This document shows positions 1 to 16,321 of a DNA stretch of 64,000 bases, in pieces. The notes beneath the pieces were generated by a model. That model did not search any database. It worked only from the letters and a program-made list of their open reading frames with translations, and was not told the origin of the DNA. Where the stretch lies: NCBI RefSeq assembly GCF_009914755.1, contig NC_060927.1, one strand, 5' to 3'. Made by a program: the position numbers and the translations under genes. The stretch is from the human T2T-CHM13v2.0 reference genome, Homo sapiens. Positions within the stretch are counted from its first letter, which is position 1. Every line of letters begins with the position of its first letter.

Positions 1-570
1 TTCTATTCCATTGGTCTGTGTGTCTATTTTTATGCCAGTGTCATGCTGTTTTGGTTATTACAGTTTTGTAATACATTTTGATATCAGGTAGTGCTATGGT
101 AGTGTGATACCTCCAGCTTTGTTATTTTTGCTAAAGATTGCTTTTGCTATTTAGGATCTTTTGTGGTTCCATAAGAAGTTTAGGATTTTTTTTCTATTTT
201 TGTGAAAAATGTCATTGGTATTTTGATAGGGATTGCATTGAATCTGTAGATAACTTTGTGTAGTATGAACATTTTACAATATTTATTCTTCTGATCCATG
301 AACACAAGATGACTTTCCATATATTTGTTTCTTCAGTTTCTTTCATCAATGTTTCATAGTCTTCAGTGGAGATTTTTCACCTCCTTCATTAAATTTATTC
401 CTAAATATTTTATTTTTTGTAGCTATTATAAATGAGATTGTTTTCTTCATTTCTTTTTCAGATAGTTTGCCATTATTGTATACAGACATTACTGATTTTT
501 TGTATGTTGATTTTGTATTCTGCAATCTTGCTGAATTTACTTATTAGATTTAACAGGTTTTTGATGGAGT
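1..570 (-). mobile_element. Old LINE-1 (L1M-type) ORF2 3' fragment, antisense, runs off window start
   Basis: Diverged antisense L1 ORF2 text: ttctattccattggtctgtgtgtc, ttttgatagggattgcattgaatctgtaga, gttgattttgtattctgcaa. Confidence 0.85.
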
Positions 571-999
571 CAGAACACACGTTTTAATGAAACCCATTAT
601 AATGAATTATCTATAAAAAGAGTTATGTGTTTTCATTTATAAATGACATCTCAGATTAGTTAATAATGTGGCCTCAACTTGTTCTCAAGAGTGTCATTTT
701 AAAAAATTAGGGGTGGTGAAAATTAAGCATTTATGAATATAATCACATCTTTGACCACTGAGCACTTTTGACCACTTTCACTATTTGGGACACCTGAGAC
801 CAATGGAAGCCAAATCTCCCACTACAGTTTTGAACGGTTACCCATTCAAAATGATGGGAGCTCCTAAGCTTAATACTCAGTACTAAGCAAGTTAAAAATA
901 TCCACACATTAAAGTGAAATCTCAGAAAATCAAGGGAAAAGAAGAAAAACATTACATAGAAAGGAGAAACAACTTACCAGATTCCTTATAATCAACAAC

Positions 1000-1450
1000 G
1001 AACAATTGAAGGTATTGGTGCAATATTTTGTAAAGTGTTGAGGGAGAATTAACTTTGTAGCTAAATCTCTATAGTTTCCGAAACTCATTATTCAAAAGTA
1101 AGTATGAATGCTCGGCCTGATGGCTCACGCCTGTAATCCCAAATCTTTGGGAGGCTGAGGCAGTTGGACTGCTTGAGCCTATTAGTTCAAGACCAGCCTA
1201 GGCAACATAGCAAAACCCAGTCTCTACCAAAAAAATTCAAAGAATTAGCCAGGTGTGGTGGTGCACACCTGTAGTCCCAGCTATTTGGGAGGCTGGGAAG
1301 CTCCCTTGAGTCTGGGAGGTGGAGGTTGCAGCTGAGATCCTGCCACTGCGTCCAGCCTCGGTGACAAAGACTCTGTCAAAAGAAAGAAAGAAAAAAAAAA
1401 AGAATGAGTACGAAATAAAGACTTTTCAGCCATACAGACTCAGATATTTC
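1000..1450 (+). mobile_element. Very old L1 ORF1 3' remnant split by the Alu at 1110-1402
   Basis: Flanks read tgtaaagtgttgagggag...gaaactcattattcaaaa and gaaataaagacttttcagccatacagactcag, resembling the end of L1 ORF1. Confidence 0.45.
1110..1402 (+). mobile_element. AluJ SINE
   Basis: Dimeric Alu with gcttgagcc/ggcaacatagc AluJ-type positions, A-rich tail, degenerate TSD (aaaagtaagtatgaa / aagaatgagtacgaa). Confidence 0.93.
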
Positions 1451-1634
1451 ACAAGACTGGGTATTACTGGAAGGGATGGGCATGGGGATGGGGATAGAAC
1501 CTAAGCTAGACTGAAAAGAAAATAATCAACCAAGATAGCAAGTAAATGAACCCAAGAAGTAGGCTGTGAGAAAAGAAGGCTAGTCAAGGAAATCATTACA
1601 TAAAATAAAACAAATAACAGTAAATCTTTATTTA

Positions 1635-1862
1635 GAATTTACCATATCCAATTGTGTAACCACTTTAAATGATTTGATTCATTTAATCTTTCTACCACCC
1701 TAAGAGGCAGGTATTATTATTCTCATTTATCAAATGCAAAAACTGAAGGGCAGAGGTCAAGCAACTTATTCAAAGTCACGCAGCTAGTAGATGTTGAAGA
1801 ATAGACATGAACCAAGGCAGCTTAGCTCTATAGCCTTTGCCCTTAGCCAACCTACTCTATTA
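1635..1862 (-). mobile_element. MIR SINE
   Basis: Antisense MIR core: tattattattctcattt...aaaactgaagggcagaggtcaagcaacttattcaaagtcacgcagctagta. Confidence 0.8.
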
Positions 1863-2269
1863 CATCTCAATAAGTATAAAGCATAGGAGAACAATAATAA
1901 ATAATTATGATAAGATATCTTACAGCAATTTCAAATACAGCTTCAGAAAATAAAAACACAGTAACCCAGTGGGCAAGAGAAAAGATGGGAAAAAGAGGGA
2001 AGGGAAATAAAAAATGTTTTTTATCTTGAGTAGTAATATACAGATATGGATTAACTTTGACTGTATTTTTTAAAGTATAATGTTACTTATATTTTAATAT
2101 TTAATAATAAAATTGGTTATAGTTTTATGTTTTGTGGAAAACCAATGAAAATATTAATAGAACACCTGATTACTGTGTTTCTTTTTTCTGTTTCTTTCTT
2201 TTATTCATTTTTCTTTCTTCTTTTCTTTTTTCCCTTTTTGTTTCTTTTTTCTTTACCTTCTTTATTATT

Positions 2270-2800
2270 GCTGTTGGCTATCCAGTAACTTCACTCTTTT
2301 TCTATGTCTGAGGGATTCTTAGCTATATATGTTTTGTAGAAGTGGAGCTCTCCTTCTACCATAGGAGCTAAAATGATCCGATTGCTGCTTTATGCCCCTC
2401 AGCAGCTGGTGCAAAGGAACTGGGCTTAGGCATGCCAAACACATCCCATTTAGGTCTTTGAATCTGTAACAGACTCCACAAAGAAGCAGAAATGGCAAGA
2501 ACAAGATCCAATTCCCAGGACAGCAATGACAGTGATGTAAGTAGCAGCATTCAGAATTGAAACCTGTTGACTATAAAGATATAAACTGTAGCATCAATGC
2601 TCAACTAAATGGTGGTGATGGTGTGCTAAAGGGAATGCATCTGAGACATGGTTTAGATTTTGTCCTGCCTCTTTTTCTATCTTAGCACTCTATCCTTCTC
2701 AACAATTTTGGGAGCTTATCAATGTTTCTTTCATTAATGCCTTTTCTGCTCAGATTATTAGAGTTTGTTTCTGCTGTTTGCAAATAAGGACCCTAATTAG
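2270..2800 (+). mobile_element. Old MLT1-family MaLR LTR remnant
   Basis: 3' end gagtttgtttctgctgtttgcaaataaggaccctaat resembles MLT1 termini; heavily diverged. Confidence 0.45.
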
Positions 2801-3477
2801 TGCAATGTCTAAAACTGTAGAGAAAAAAATGAAAATAATAATTAAAAAAAAGATCTAAAAGAAGGTGAAAAAAAACAAAGATGGGGAACAATAATAAAAA
2901 AACACAAGATAATATAGCAGAAATATGTCCAAGTACATCAGTAACAATAAATGTGACTGGATTAAACCTAGCCTTTCCTTAAAAGTCTAAGACTTTTTTT
3001 TAAAAGGCCGAGACGCATAGAATTTTTCAAAAGTTAACTTTATGCTATTTTTATTTACAAGAGTCTGACCAAAAAAAAAAAAACATATACAATTTGAATG
3101 TAAAGAAATGAAAACATATATTCCAGAAAAAATATAATTTAAAGTTCAGCATTCTTAGTTGCTTTCTAAAAGCAATAAACTTATTTTTCATTCCTTTTCA
3201 CCTCTGCCTACATTTTTCCTACAACATTGAATCATTATTCCCATTATTTATATCTGATAATGAGGCTCCTTGCTTTCTTATCTGGGATGGGAACATTTTT
3301 ATTCGTAAACTTTCCTGACACCTCAATTAAGTTACAATGTTAATCCCTATGTACAATAAAACATATCATATTAAGCAAAGAAAATCCTAAAAATGTGAGA
3401 CTTAGTTGAACTCAGAATCCTCTCATCTTAACCTTCCACTGTGAAGTTCAGGCAAAAGAGAGTTGACATTATATTAA

Positions 3478-3668
3478 CAGAGCATAGGAAGTAGACTATG
3501 GACCCTAAAACCAGAGAGACCTGGTTTTAAATCCAAGCTTTGCCACTGACTAGGTATGTGACATTGAATAAAGCTTTTGATTTAGCTGAGCCTAAGTTTC
3601 CTATGCACAAAATGGATATGAACATCTCTATTTGTAGGGATTTTATAAAGATTTAATTAGATAATTAA
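3478..3668 (+). mobile_element. MIR SINE (3' part interrupted by MER5)
   Basis: agacctggttttaaatccaagctttgccactgactaggtatgtgacattg...gagcctaagtttcctatgcacaaaatgg. Confidence 0.8.
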
Positions 3669-3674
3669 TCAAAA

Positions 3675-3845
3675 CAGTTGTTCTCAACCTAATTGGAATT
3701 ACCTTGGGAACTTTAGCAAGTAATGTTGGCTGGGTCCCTTCCCTAGAGATTCTGGATGTAATTGATCTGGAATATAACCTGGGCTTTCAACTTTTCAAAA
3801 GCTACGCATATTATTGTAATGTTAAGCTAAAGTTGAGAAACACTG
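3675..3845. mobile_element. MER5-type hAT-Charlie MITE
   Basis: Terminal inverted repeats cagttgttctcaac ... gttgagaaacactg; MER5-like interior (cctagagattctgga...taattgatctgg). Confidence 0.8.
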
Positions 3846-4036
3846 ATCTAAACATATAGTCTAGTTTATTGCATAGTATATAGAAAGCATGACAAAATTG
3901 TTACTAGAAAGATGATGAGGAGGATAATGATGATGATGATGATGATGAAAAAGGTGATAAATTTCAGCTATAAATTTCTGGCATTGAAGTTGGCCTGGTG
4001 TGATTATTCTTCCACAGAACTCAAGAGAAAAAGAAG

Positions 4037-4445
4037 TGATCTGGTTTGAATCTGTGTCCCCACCCAAATCTCAAGTTCAATTATAATCCCCTGTATTGGA
4101 ATTTAGGCCTGGTGAGAGTTGATTAGATCATGGGGGTGGATCCTTCATGAATGGTTGAGCACCATCCTTTTGGTGCTGTTCTCCTGATAGAGTTCTTATG
4201 GGATCTGGTTGTTTACATGTGTAGCACCTTCCCCTTCTCTTTCTTCCTACTGTTCCAGCTATTTGAAGATGCCTGCTCTGGCTTTGCCTTCTGCCATGAT
4301 TAAAAGCTCCCGAGGCCTCCCCAAAAGCAGATGCTGCTATGCTTCCCATACAGCCTGTGGAATCATGAATCAATTAAACCTCTTCACTTATAGACTACCC
4401 AGTTTCATGTATTTTTATATAACAATGTGAGAATGGACTAATATA
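4037..4445 (+). mobile_element. MSTA/MSTB MaLR solo LTR
   Basis: Starts tgatctggtttgaatctgtgtccccacccaaatctc, ends gaatggactaatata; exact 5-bp TSD agaag (4032-4036 / 4446-4450). Confidence 0.92.
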
Positions 4446-4844
4446 AGAAGTCACTTAGTATGGAGATTGCCAGAAACTTCATAGTAATACATGTGTACTA
4501 TTTTAATAGCTTTTAATTTCCAATCCTCTACAACCTATGAAATAAATATTACAATGTTTTTCAGAGTGAAAAACACTCATAGAGTTTAATTGTTTTACAA
4601 AAGATGATAGCTTAGGGAGCTAAACCAGAATGCAAATTTTAATCTATTTATCCCAAATTCAGTACTATTTCTATTATGTCACAGTTGTCCACAGTGGACA
4701 AAAGTAAACAGTTCAGCTTCTTCATAAACAGAATTTAGAAAAAATTTTCTAAGTCTGGAAAATACTCCAGAAATCACATGATGACTAGAGCAAAGGGTAA
4801 AATTGCTTCAGCCACTAAAGATCTCAATGGGATATGAGTAGTTT

Positions 4845-4940
4845 GAAGCTAAAGACTATTTTTTATTTGTCATTATATCCCTAGTGACTTGCATAGTACT
4901 TGGCACTTAATAGGAGCTCAATAAATGTTTGTTGAGTGGA
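4845..4940 (+). mobile_element. L2 3' tail fragment
   Basis: tagtacttggcacttaataggagctcaataaatgtttgttgagtgga. Confidence 0.7.
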
Positions 4941-6444
4941 TACGCCAAGGCTCTAAAATAAACCATTTTTAGCAATTTAATGAAAGTTTTAAAAAAAGAT
5001 GTTAATATCTGAAAATAAAAACTCTAAATTCTTACTTTCAGTGAAAATTAATGACCATAAGGATTTATTCCAAGTATATCAATCCAGGAAAGTACTTGGA
5101 CCAGAAAACAGAAGTTACCATGCACCCTCTGTCTGTACATATATACACATACATATGCATATATATATATAAACTAATTCAAAGAATATTATTTAATATA
5201 TACAGATGTTACCTATATACTGATTTTTAAATTGCTTTACAAATTGTGTATTTTATCAGCAGAATAAGTCTATGATGCTTTCCTTCAGTTTCAACTAAGA
5301 TTGATTGAAATTGGATACGTTAAGTATTTTTTTAACTTCGAATACCATAAGATTACCTAAGATTTTGCTTACAAATAGAAAGTAAAAATCATTACTACTG
5401 CTAACAAAGAGGAAGTATAAAAATGTGAGATGGCTAAGATTAGAAAAAAACTTTTAACGAAAATGTAAGTAAGAAACATTATTCAGAAAATAATTTTCTA
5501 TCTAATATAAATTATTAATAATGGTTCTTTGGCATATTATTGAGTCACCATAATATTAAATGTATAGTACAAGAGCTTACTGTGTAAATATTAAAATGTA
5601 TAACATATATCACAATAATTATATATCATTGAGCTAGTGTCATTCTTTTATTTATCTTTTAGCTAGTGTTACTGATACAAAGAATTTAGGTGATGGCCAT
5701 GTGTGTTACTTTAAGATAGAAGAATGTACACATCATTTCCTGGTGAATAGTAAAATAAGAATTCAGATAGTTTTGAAATCATATTTCAGAATATAGTAAT
5801 ACTGTTTTCTGAGGGGCATGGGCAGGGCAGGGGGTATCATGTTCTATTCTCCACTTAGAGACAGGCATTTAGTAGTAACATGGAAAGTTCACATGATATC
5901 CCACAATTTAAAAGGTCACGATTTCAAAATCTCTGGCCCTTAGGGTACTCAGGTAAGGCTTCATGTAAAAGCAGGATTAAGCTTGACTTGAAGGCAGTAA
6001 ATAATTTAATTGGGAAATGAAAATGGGTTGGAAATTCCAAGCAGTAGAAAAACATGCTCAAAAGTAACTCTGTTATAAGTTATAGAGAGAAACAACAAAG
6101 AGGTCTATTTAAGTAAAGAGTGGAAGATAGGCTTGGAAGTTTTAGAACCAGAAAGAGGATTTTGAACAGAAACTTCAAAAGATTCAATTTTATCCCAATT
6201 GCTAATTAACAACCTGTATCACAGGGGATAGACTAAGTTATGAAGAGATTTAAAACAAAAATGTTAGTTCCTTAAAATAAAAAGTTTTTGGCAGGTTCTT
6301 GCTACATGTTCATCTCAGATTGGTGAGGGGCCTGCTTCATGTTGTCCTCAATCAGGGATGCAGCCTGAACCATCAAAAATGTTTCCACCATCTAAAATGT
6401 CACCATGGAAGGGGGACAGGGAAGAGATATGCATACACAGGCTC

Positions 6445-6816
6445 TGCTGTGGTTTGAATGTTTTTGTTTCTCCCTAAATTGATGTTGAAACTTAATCCTC
6501 AATATGACAGCATTAAGAGGTGAAGCCTTTTGGGAGGTGATTAGGCCACTGCAGCTCCATCTTCATGAAGGGATCAGGGCTTGCAGGGGCTAGTCCATTC
6601 CCCTATTTTGCCATTCTGCCTTGCCCCATGTGAGGACACAAGGTTCACCCTTCCACCACATAAAGATATAGCAAGAAGTTCCTCCTCAGATATCAGACTT
6701 GCTGGTGCCTTGATCTTGGACTTTCCAGCCTCCAGAACTGTTTGAAAATAATTTCTGTTATTTATAAACTAACCAGTCTATGTTATATTGTTATAGTAAC
6801 ACCAAAGGTCTAAGGC
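6445..6816 (+). mobile_element. MLT1A-type MaLR LTR, nested in an older antisense MLT1 remnant (~6200-6985)
   Basis: tgctgtggtttgaatg...ggaggtgattagg...ccttgatcttggactttccagcctccagaactg; downstream flank tcacatttcattgactaaagcaaattac...gaaggagaactggaaata is older MLT1-like. Confidence 0.85.
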
Positions 6817-7344
6817 TTTTCAAGGCTACTATCTAGAAGTGATATCTATTCTACTCACATTTCATTGACTAAAGCAAATTACATTATTATATCTAATTTC
6901 ACAGAAGTAGGGAAAAGTAACCATACCATGTACCCAGAGGAAGGAGAACTGGAAATACTGATGGAGAGCACTAATGATCACTTAGAATGTCTGATGCTTT
7001 TGGTCAGGTACATATTATGTAATTAAAAATTTGTTCTGGAAAAACACTTGGTTGTAGAATGCAAAATAAAAGAAAGGGACACATCTGGAGATAGGGAAGC
7101 CTATTATTACAACTACCTAAGTGTAACAATAAAAATCCAAACTGGGGAAAAGAAAGGAAGCGCCACAGTGAGAGATATTATGGAGGAATAAATGTGAAAA
7201 ATCTGTTAATTGACAGGCATAAAGGAAAATAAAATTTTGAAGGTGATTAAGATATTTCAAGCCTAGATAAAAGATGTTTCTTTTTAAAATAAAGTTCAAG
7301 GAAGCCGCTTTGAGGAAAAGATGGTTTAGTTTCATACGTAAGTA

Positions 7345-7600
7345 CTGTCAGATGGAAGAATAAGAACGAAGGAAGATTGGGCTGCTGGAGAATTTGAGGT
7401 GTAATGTGGTCTCATTGGAAGTGTCAGCTGATCCTGTGTGAAGTTCTGAATACCAGATGACTTTTCAGAGTGGTCCTGCTTTAGGGTGAGAAGGCTGGCC
7501 CTTTAAACCTGTGAGGGGGATGCCCATGGTCAAAGTGGCTCTCCTGGCTGAGACAATTCCTGAAGAGGGCTAACTGTTGGTGCACATCACAGCATCTGCT
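7345..7600 (-). mobile_element. LTR16-like ERVL LTR fragment
   Basis: ttcagagtggtcc...ggctggccctttaaacc...ggctgagacaattcctgaagagggct resembles antisense LTR16. Confidence 0.5.
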
Positions 7601-8164
7601 GCAATTACAGGTGCCTGCATTTAACATATGTGAAGATGAGAGAAAACTTCAGAAAAAGATGTTCAGAATACCTAAAGGAAATATAAATATTTTGTGAGGT
7701 AAACTATTTTCTTAGGATTGGTATTCCCATAGGTTAACCTTTCACTGATCTGAGCTGACCCTATGTATAATTCACAAGCATGATATTCCTTGAGGAAAAA
7801 TCATAGACCATGGCCTCCATGTCAAGCAGCTTGAAAAGTACATGGGGATTCAAGCTATCAGACCTCTTGTTATCTTACTAGCTCATTCAGGTTTCACCTC
7901 TGAGATTTTAATCAAGCACCTGTGCTATGTGGCGAATAGCAAGCTGGTCATAGCAAAATTTGGAGTAGACAGTTTCATTTCTTGTGTGATTTAATTAGTA
8001 TCTGGCATTTCACATTAATTGGAAGTTCAGACAATGAGACATTGTTTAAAGCAGTGAGAAATCTTTGGTATAATTATTCAAATATTAGGTGTACTTATCA
8101 TTGCACAAAGGTGGAGATCAAAAACACAAAGGCAAGAATTGTTTAAAGATTAAGGGAGAAGAAG

Positions 8165-8395
8165 TACAGCCTGGTGGCTATATTTCATAATAATGTATTG
8201 CATATTTAAAGTTTGCTAAGAGAGTAGATCTTAAGTATTTTCACCACACACAAAAAAGATAACTCTGTGAAATGATAGATTTATTAATTAGCTTGATTGC
8301 GCTAACAATTTCTCAATGCATATTTATATCAAAACACATTACACACCTTAAATATATTTTTTATTTTTCAATTATACCTCAATAAAGCTGGAAAA
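8165..8395 (+). mobile_element. L1MA-type 3' UTR fragment
   Basis: tttgctaagagagtagatcttaagtattttcaccacacacaaaa ... caattatacctcaataaagctggaaaa. Confidence 0.85.
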
Positions 8396-8469
8396 TACAA
8401 TAAAGAGAGAAGGATGTGTTAGGTAATTGCCATATTAGGAGACATAAATCTAAACAAAAAAGAAGAAAA

Positions 8470-9497
8470 GGGGGGGGTGGAGCCAAGATGGCCAAATAGG
8501 AACAGTTCCAGTCTGCAGCTCCCAGCATGTGCGACGCAGAAGACGGGTGATTTCTGCATTTCCAACTGAGGTACCAGGTTCATCTCACTGGGGAGTGCCA
8601 GACGGTGCAGGACAGTGGGTGCAGCGCACCGTGCATGAGCCAAAGCAGGGCGAGGCATCGCCTCACCCAGGAAGCACAAGGGGTCAGGGAATTTCCTTTC
8701 CTAGTCAAAGAAAGGGGTGACAGACGGCACCTGGAAAATCAGGTCACACCTAACCTAATACTGCGCTCTTCCAACGGGCTTAACAAATGGCACACCAGGA
8801 GATTATATCCCGCACATGGCTCGGAGGGTCCTACGCCCAGGGAGCCTCGCTCATTGCTAGCACAGCAGTGTGAGATCAAACTGCAAGGCGGCAGCGAGGC
8901 TGCGGGAGGGGTGCCCGCCATTGCCCAGGCTTGAGCAGGTAAACAAAGCGGCCAGGAAGCTCGAACTGGGTGGAGCCCACCACAGCTCAAGGAGGCCTGC
9001 CTGCCTCTGTAGGCTCCACCTCTGGGGGCAGGGCACAGACAAACAAAAGACAGCAATAACCTCTGCAGACTTAAATGTCCCTGTCTGACAGCTTTGAGGA
9101 GAGTTGTGGTTCTCCCAGCATGCAGCTTGAGATCTGAGAATGGGCAGACTGCCTCCTCAAGTGGGTCCCTGACCCCCAAGTCGCCTAACTGGGAGGCACC
9201 CCCCCATTAGGGGTGGACTGACACCTCACACGGCCAGGTACTCCTCTGAGACAAAACTTCCAGAGGAACAATCAGGCAGCAGCATTTGCAGTTCACCAGT
9301 ATCTGCTGTTCTGCAGCCACTGCTGCTGATACCCAGGCAAACAGGGTCTGGATTGGACCTCCAGTAAACTCCAACAGACCTGCAGCTGAGGGTCCTGACC
9401 GTTAGAAGGAAAACTAACAAACAGAAAGGACATCCACAGCAAAAACCCATCTGTATGTCACCATCATCAAAGACCAAAGGTAGATAAAACCACCAAG
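8470..9497 (+). promoter_or_regulatory. L1 5' UTR internal sense/antisense promoter
   Basis: YY1 site aagatggcc at 8485-8493 intact; RUNX-type tgcatttccaactgaggta and SOX-type aacaaag (8942) present; locally GC/CpG-richer than flanks. Activity cannot be seen from sequence. Confidence 0.8.
8739..8921 (-). pseudogene. L1 antisense ORF0, truncated to 60 aa
   Basis: MAGTPPAASLPPCSLISHCCASNERGSLGVGPSEP...IRLGVT* matches the primate L1 ORF0 peptide; TGA at codon 61. Confidence 0.85.
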
Positions 9498-10513
9498 ATG
9501 GGGAAAAAACAGAGCAGAAAAACCAGAAACTCTAAAATTCAGAGCACCTCTCCTCCTCCAAAGGAATGCAGCTCCTCACCAGCAACGGAACAAAGCTGGA
9601 TGGAGAATGACTTTGACGAGTTGAGAGAGGAAGGCTTCAGAAGATCAAACTACTCCGAGCTAAAGGAGGAAGTTCGAACCAATGGCAAGGAAGTTAAAAA
9701 CTTTGAAAAAAAATTAGACAAAGGGATAACTAGAATAACCAATGCAGAGAAGTCCTTAAAGGACCTGATGGAGCTGAAAACCACGGCACGAGAACTACGT
9801 GACAAATGCACAAGCCTCAATAACTGATGCGATCAACTGGAAGAAAGGGTATCAGCGATGGAAGATGAAATGAATTAAATGAAGCATGAAGAGAAGTTTA
9901 GAGAAAAAAGAATAAAAAGAAACAAACAAAGCCTCCAAGAAATATGGGATTATGTGAAAAGACTAAATCTACATCTAATTGATGTACCTGAAAGTGACGG
10001 GGAGAATGGAACCAAGTTGGAAAACACTCTACAGGATATTATCCAGGAGAACTTCCCCAATCTAGCAAGACAGGCCAACATTCAAATTCAGGAAATACAG
10101 AGAACGCCACAAAGATACTCCTCGAGAAGAGCAACTCCAAGACACATAATTGTCAGATTCACCAAAGTTGAAATGAAGGAAAAAATGTTAAGGGCACCAG
10201 AGAGAAAGGTCGGGTTACCCACAAAGGGAAGCCCATCAGACTAACAGCTGATCTCTTGGCAGAAACTCTACAAGCCAGAAGAGAGTGGGGGCCAATATTC
10301 AAGATTCTTAAAGAAAAGAATTTTCAACCCAGAATTTCATATCCAGCCAAACTAAGCTTCATAAGTGAAGGAGAAGTGAAATCCTTTACAGACAAGCAAA
10401 TGCTGAGAGATTTTGTCACCACCAGGCCTGCCCTAAAAGAGCTCCTGAAGGAAACACTAAACATGGAAAGGAACAACTGGTACCAGCCACTGCAAAAACA
10501 TGCCAAAATGTAA
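9498..10513 (+). pseudogene. L1 ORF1p (RNA-binding chaperone), disrupted
   Basis: MGKKQSRK...YQPLQKHAKM; in-frame stops at 9825-9827 (TGA) and 9876-9878 (TAA), and a 1-bp deletion frameshift near 10195. Confidence 0.96.
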
Positions 10514-10576
10514 AGACCATCAAGACTAGGAAGAAACTGCATCAACTAACTAGCAAAATAACCAGCTAACATCATA

Positions 10577-14392
<3,816 letters not shown>

Positions 14393-15863
14393 ACAATGAG
14401 AACACATGGACACAGGAAGGGGAACATCACATACCAGGGCCTGTTGTGGGGTGGGGGAGGGGGGAGGGATAGCATTAGGAGATATACCTAATGCTAAATG
14501 ACGAGTTAATGGGTGCAGCACACCAACATGGCACATGTATACATATGTAACAAAGCTACACGTTGTGCATATGTACCCTAAAACTTAAAGTATAATAATA
14601 AAAAAAGAAGAAAAATGTTATTCCAAATAATGTCAAACCAGCTTGTATTATTTGTTTCTATTTCTATAAAATTTTGTTTATATGCATGTATCAAAGTAAG
14701 AAAAACATATATGAATATCTCCTGGTATACAGGGTTATCCATGATGTATGAAGTGAAGAAAAGCAAAAGCAAGCTGAAAGGAAATGTGTATATTATTCTA
14801 CTATATGAAAATAAAATAACCAATCAACCAACCCAAAACTCCATTTTTTTTTTTACTTATATGCCTTGTATTCATTTGTGTGAGCGTAGAAGAGTAAACT
14901 TGGTAATCTTATGAAAATGGGGGTGAAAAGGATGTGATAATTGGAATTTTAATCACATTGTTGTTGTATGTTATTTCACCAGTTACAACACAGAAGTATA
15001 TATTTTCTAATTTGAAAAAATCCTATAAAGAAATTCATGTAGATTTAAAAAAGATAGAATGATGCATGAAGCCTATTCTGAAAGCTGAATTTTAGAACAA
15101 CTTTCTGAAAGCAAACCGGACAGCCATTTAGAAGAACCAAACACCTTGCAGGAGTTTGACATCCGGAAAGAAACAAGCATATATGGTACAGGAATAAATA
15201 AGGGTTCTTTTGTCTACAGCAAGCAAGTCAGTCTTGCTCTAAGGTAGCAATCTGAGCTAATCAGCCTGTCTATTCATATGGGGCCATTCAGAATAGATAG
15301 ATTTGTTTTACCAAAAGTGGTGAAATGAAAAGAGGAAATAAAGATTGATTTTATGAATTGCCAGGGTTAGTTTTGTTAGAAAGAATTTGTTTTAGATGTT
15401 GCCTTATCAAGTTATTTGGTTCAGTAAGTGTTGCTCCATAAGAGTTGCTTAAAAATTTTTGAAACAGTGTAAGGTTATTACAAAAATATAAAGCAGAAGC
15501 TTTTTCAGATTGGGAGCTATGACAGCAGAGGAAAATCATAATTGGAAGCAGAGAAAGGAAAGATACTGGATTAACTGATGATTTACAGTAGACTAAATGA
15601 CCCTAGAAGTCACTATTAAAATTCCACAAGTGGATCCCATTCTGGAAGTGGGAAAACTGAGCATTATAAAGGTGTCTGAATAATGAATTATAGCAAAATT
15701 GTAAAATAGAATAAATTAAAATCAAATAGGACACATACATAAAGATGCCACTAAATTTCTCTCAGTGTTCAGAAAATTTAAACTTTGTAATAATATTTTA
15801 AAATGTCCCCAAATGTTAGCTTTTATAGCTTACAGATTAATTGAAAGTTTTCTTTCAAAAATG

Positions 15864-15982
15864 AATTGTGCTTAATCATGTCCCTTAGAGCTTTCTGCAT
15901 CAAAAATATCTACTAAATTCAGTGCTATCTTATTTATCTGGCTCCTACATAGCCAGGCCTCTAGTTTTTCTGGATGGATTTA
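15864..15982 (+). repeat. Diverged local direct repeat, copy 1 (copy 2 at 16322-16440)
   Basis: aattgtgcttaatcat...catcaaaaatatctactaaattcagtgcta...tctagtttttctggatggatt aligns colinearly with copy 2. Confidence 0.7.
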
Positions 15983-16321
15983 GTGTACAAGTAAACCTAT
16001 TTTCTTAAAAATGAGGCCAATACATAAGAAGAAAATTCTATTAGGGAAAAGCACCTATAATCTTAGCTGAATGATCTAAAAAAAATTACATCCACTTTTC
16101 ATGTAATGAAAACCACAGGACTTCATACATTCTTTCTTTGTAGAGGACAACTTGGTGTATCTGAAAGCATGTTCTGTCTGTACAATATATAAAAACAACT
16201 CAGAACAGCCTGGGCAACTCAGCCAAGGTGAGAAGAGATCCCACTGTGCAAACTTAACTCCTGTGCAGACAATTCCAAGATTATTTATTGCACCTTGGTG
16301 TTAAAGGGAATGAAAGCGACT

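Noticed and set aside
3861-4067. ORF with a poly-His tract
   Set aside because: Comes from a short (ATG)n repeat and an LTR edge; no coding evidence.
4685-4701. Short palindromes ttgtccac-a-gtggacaa and gcacacaa...ttgtgtgc (~55300-55325)
   Set aside because: 8-bp stems are expected by chance in 64 kb.
14445-14468. G-quadruplex-forming G tracts
   Set aside because: Standard feature of every L1PA 3' UTR.
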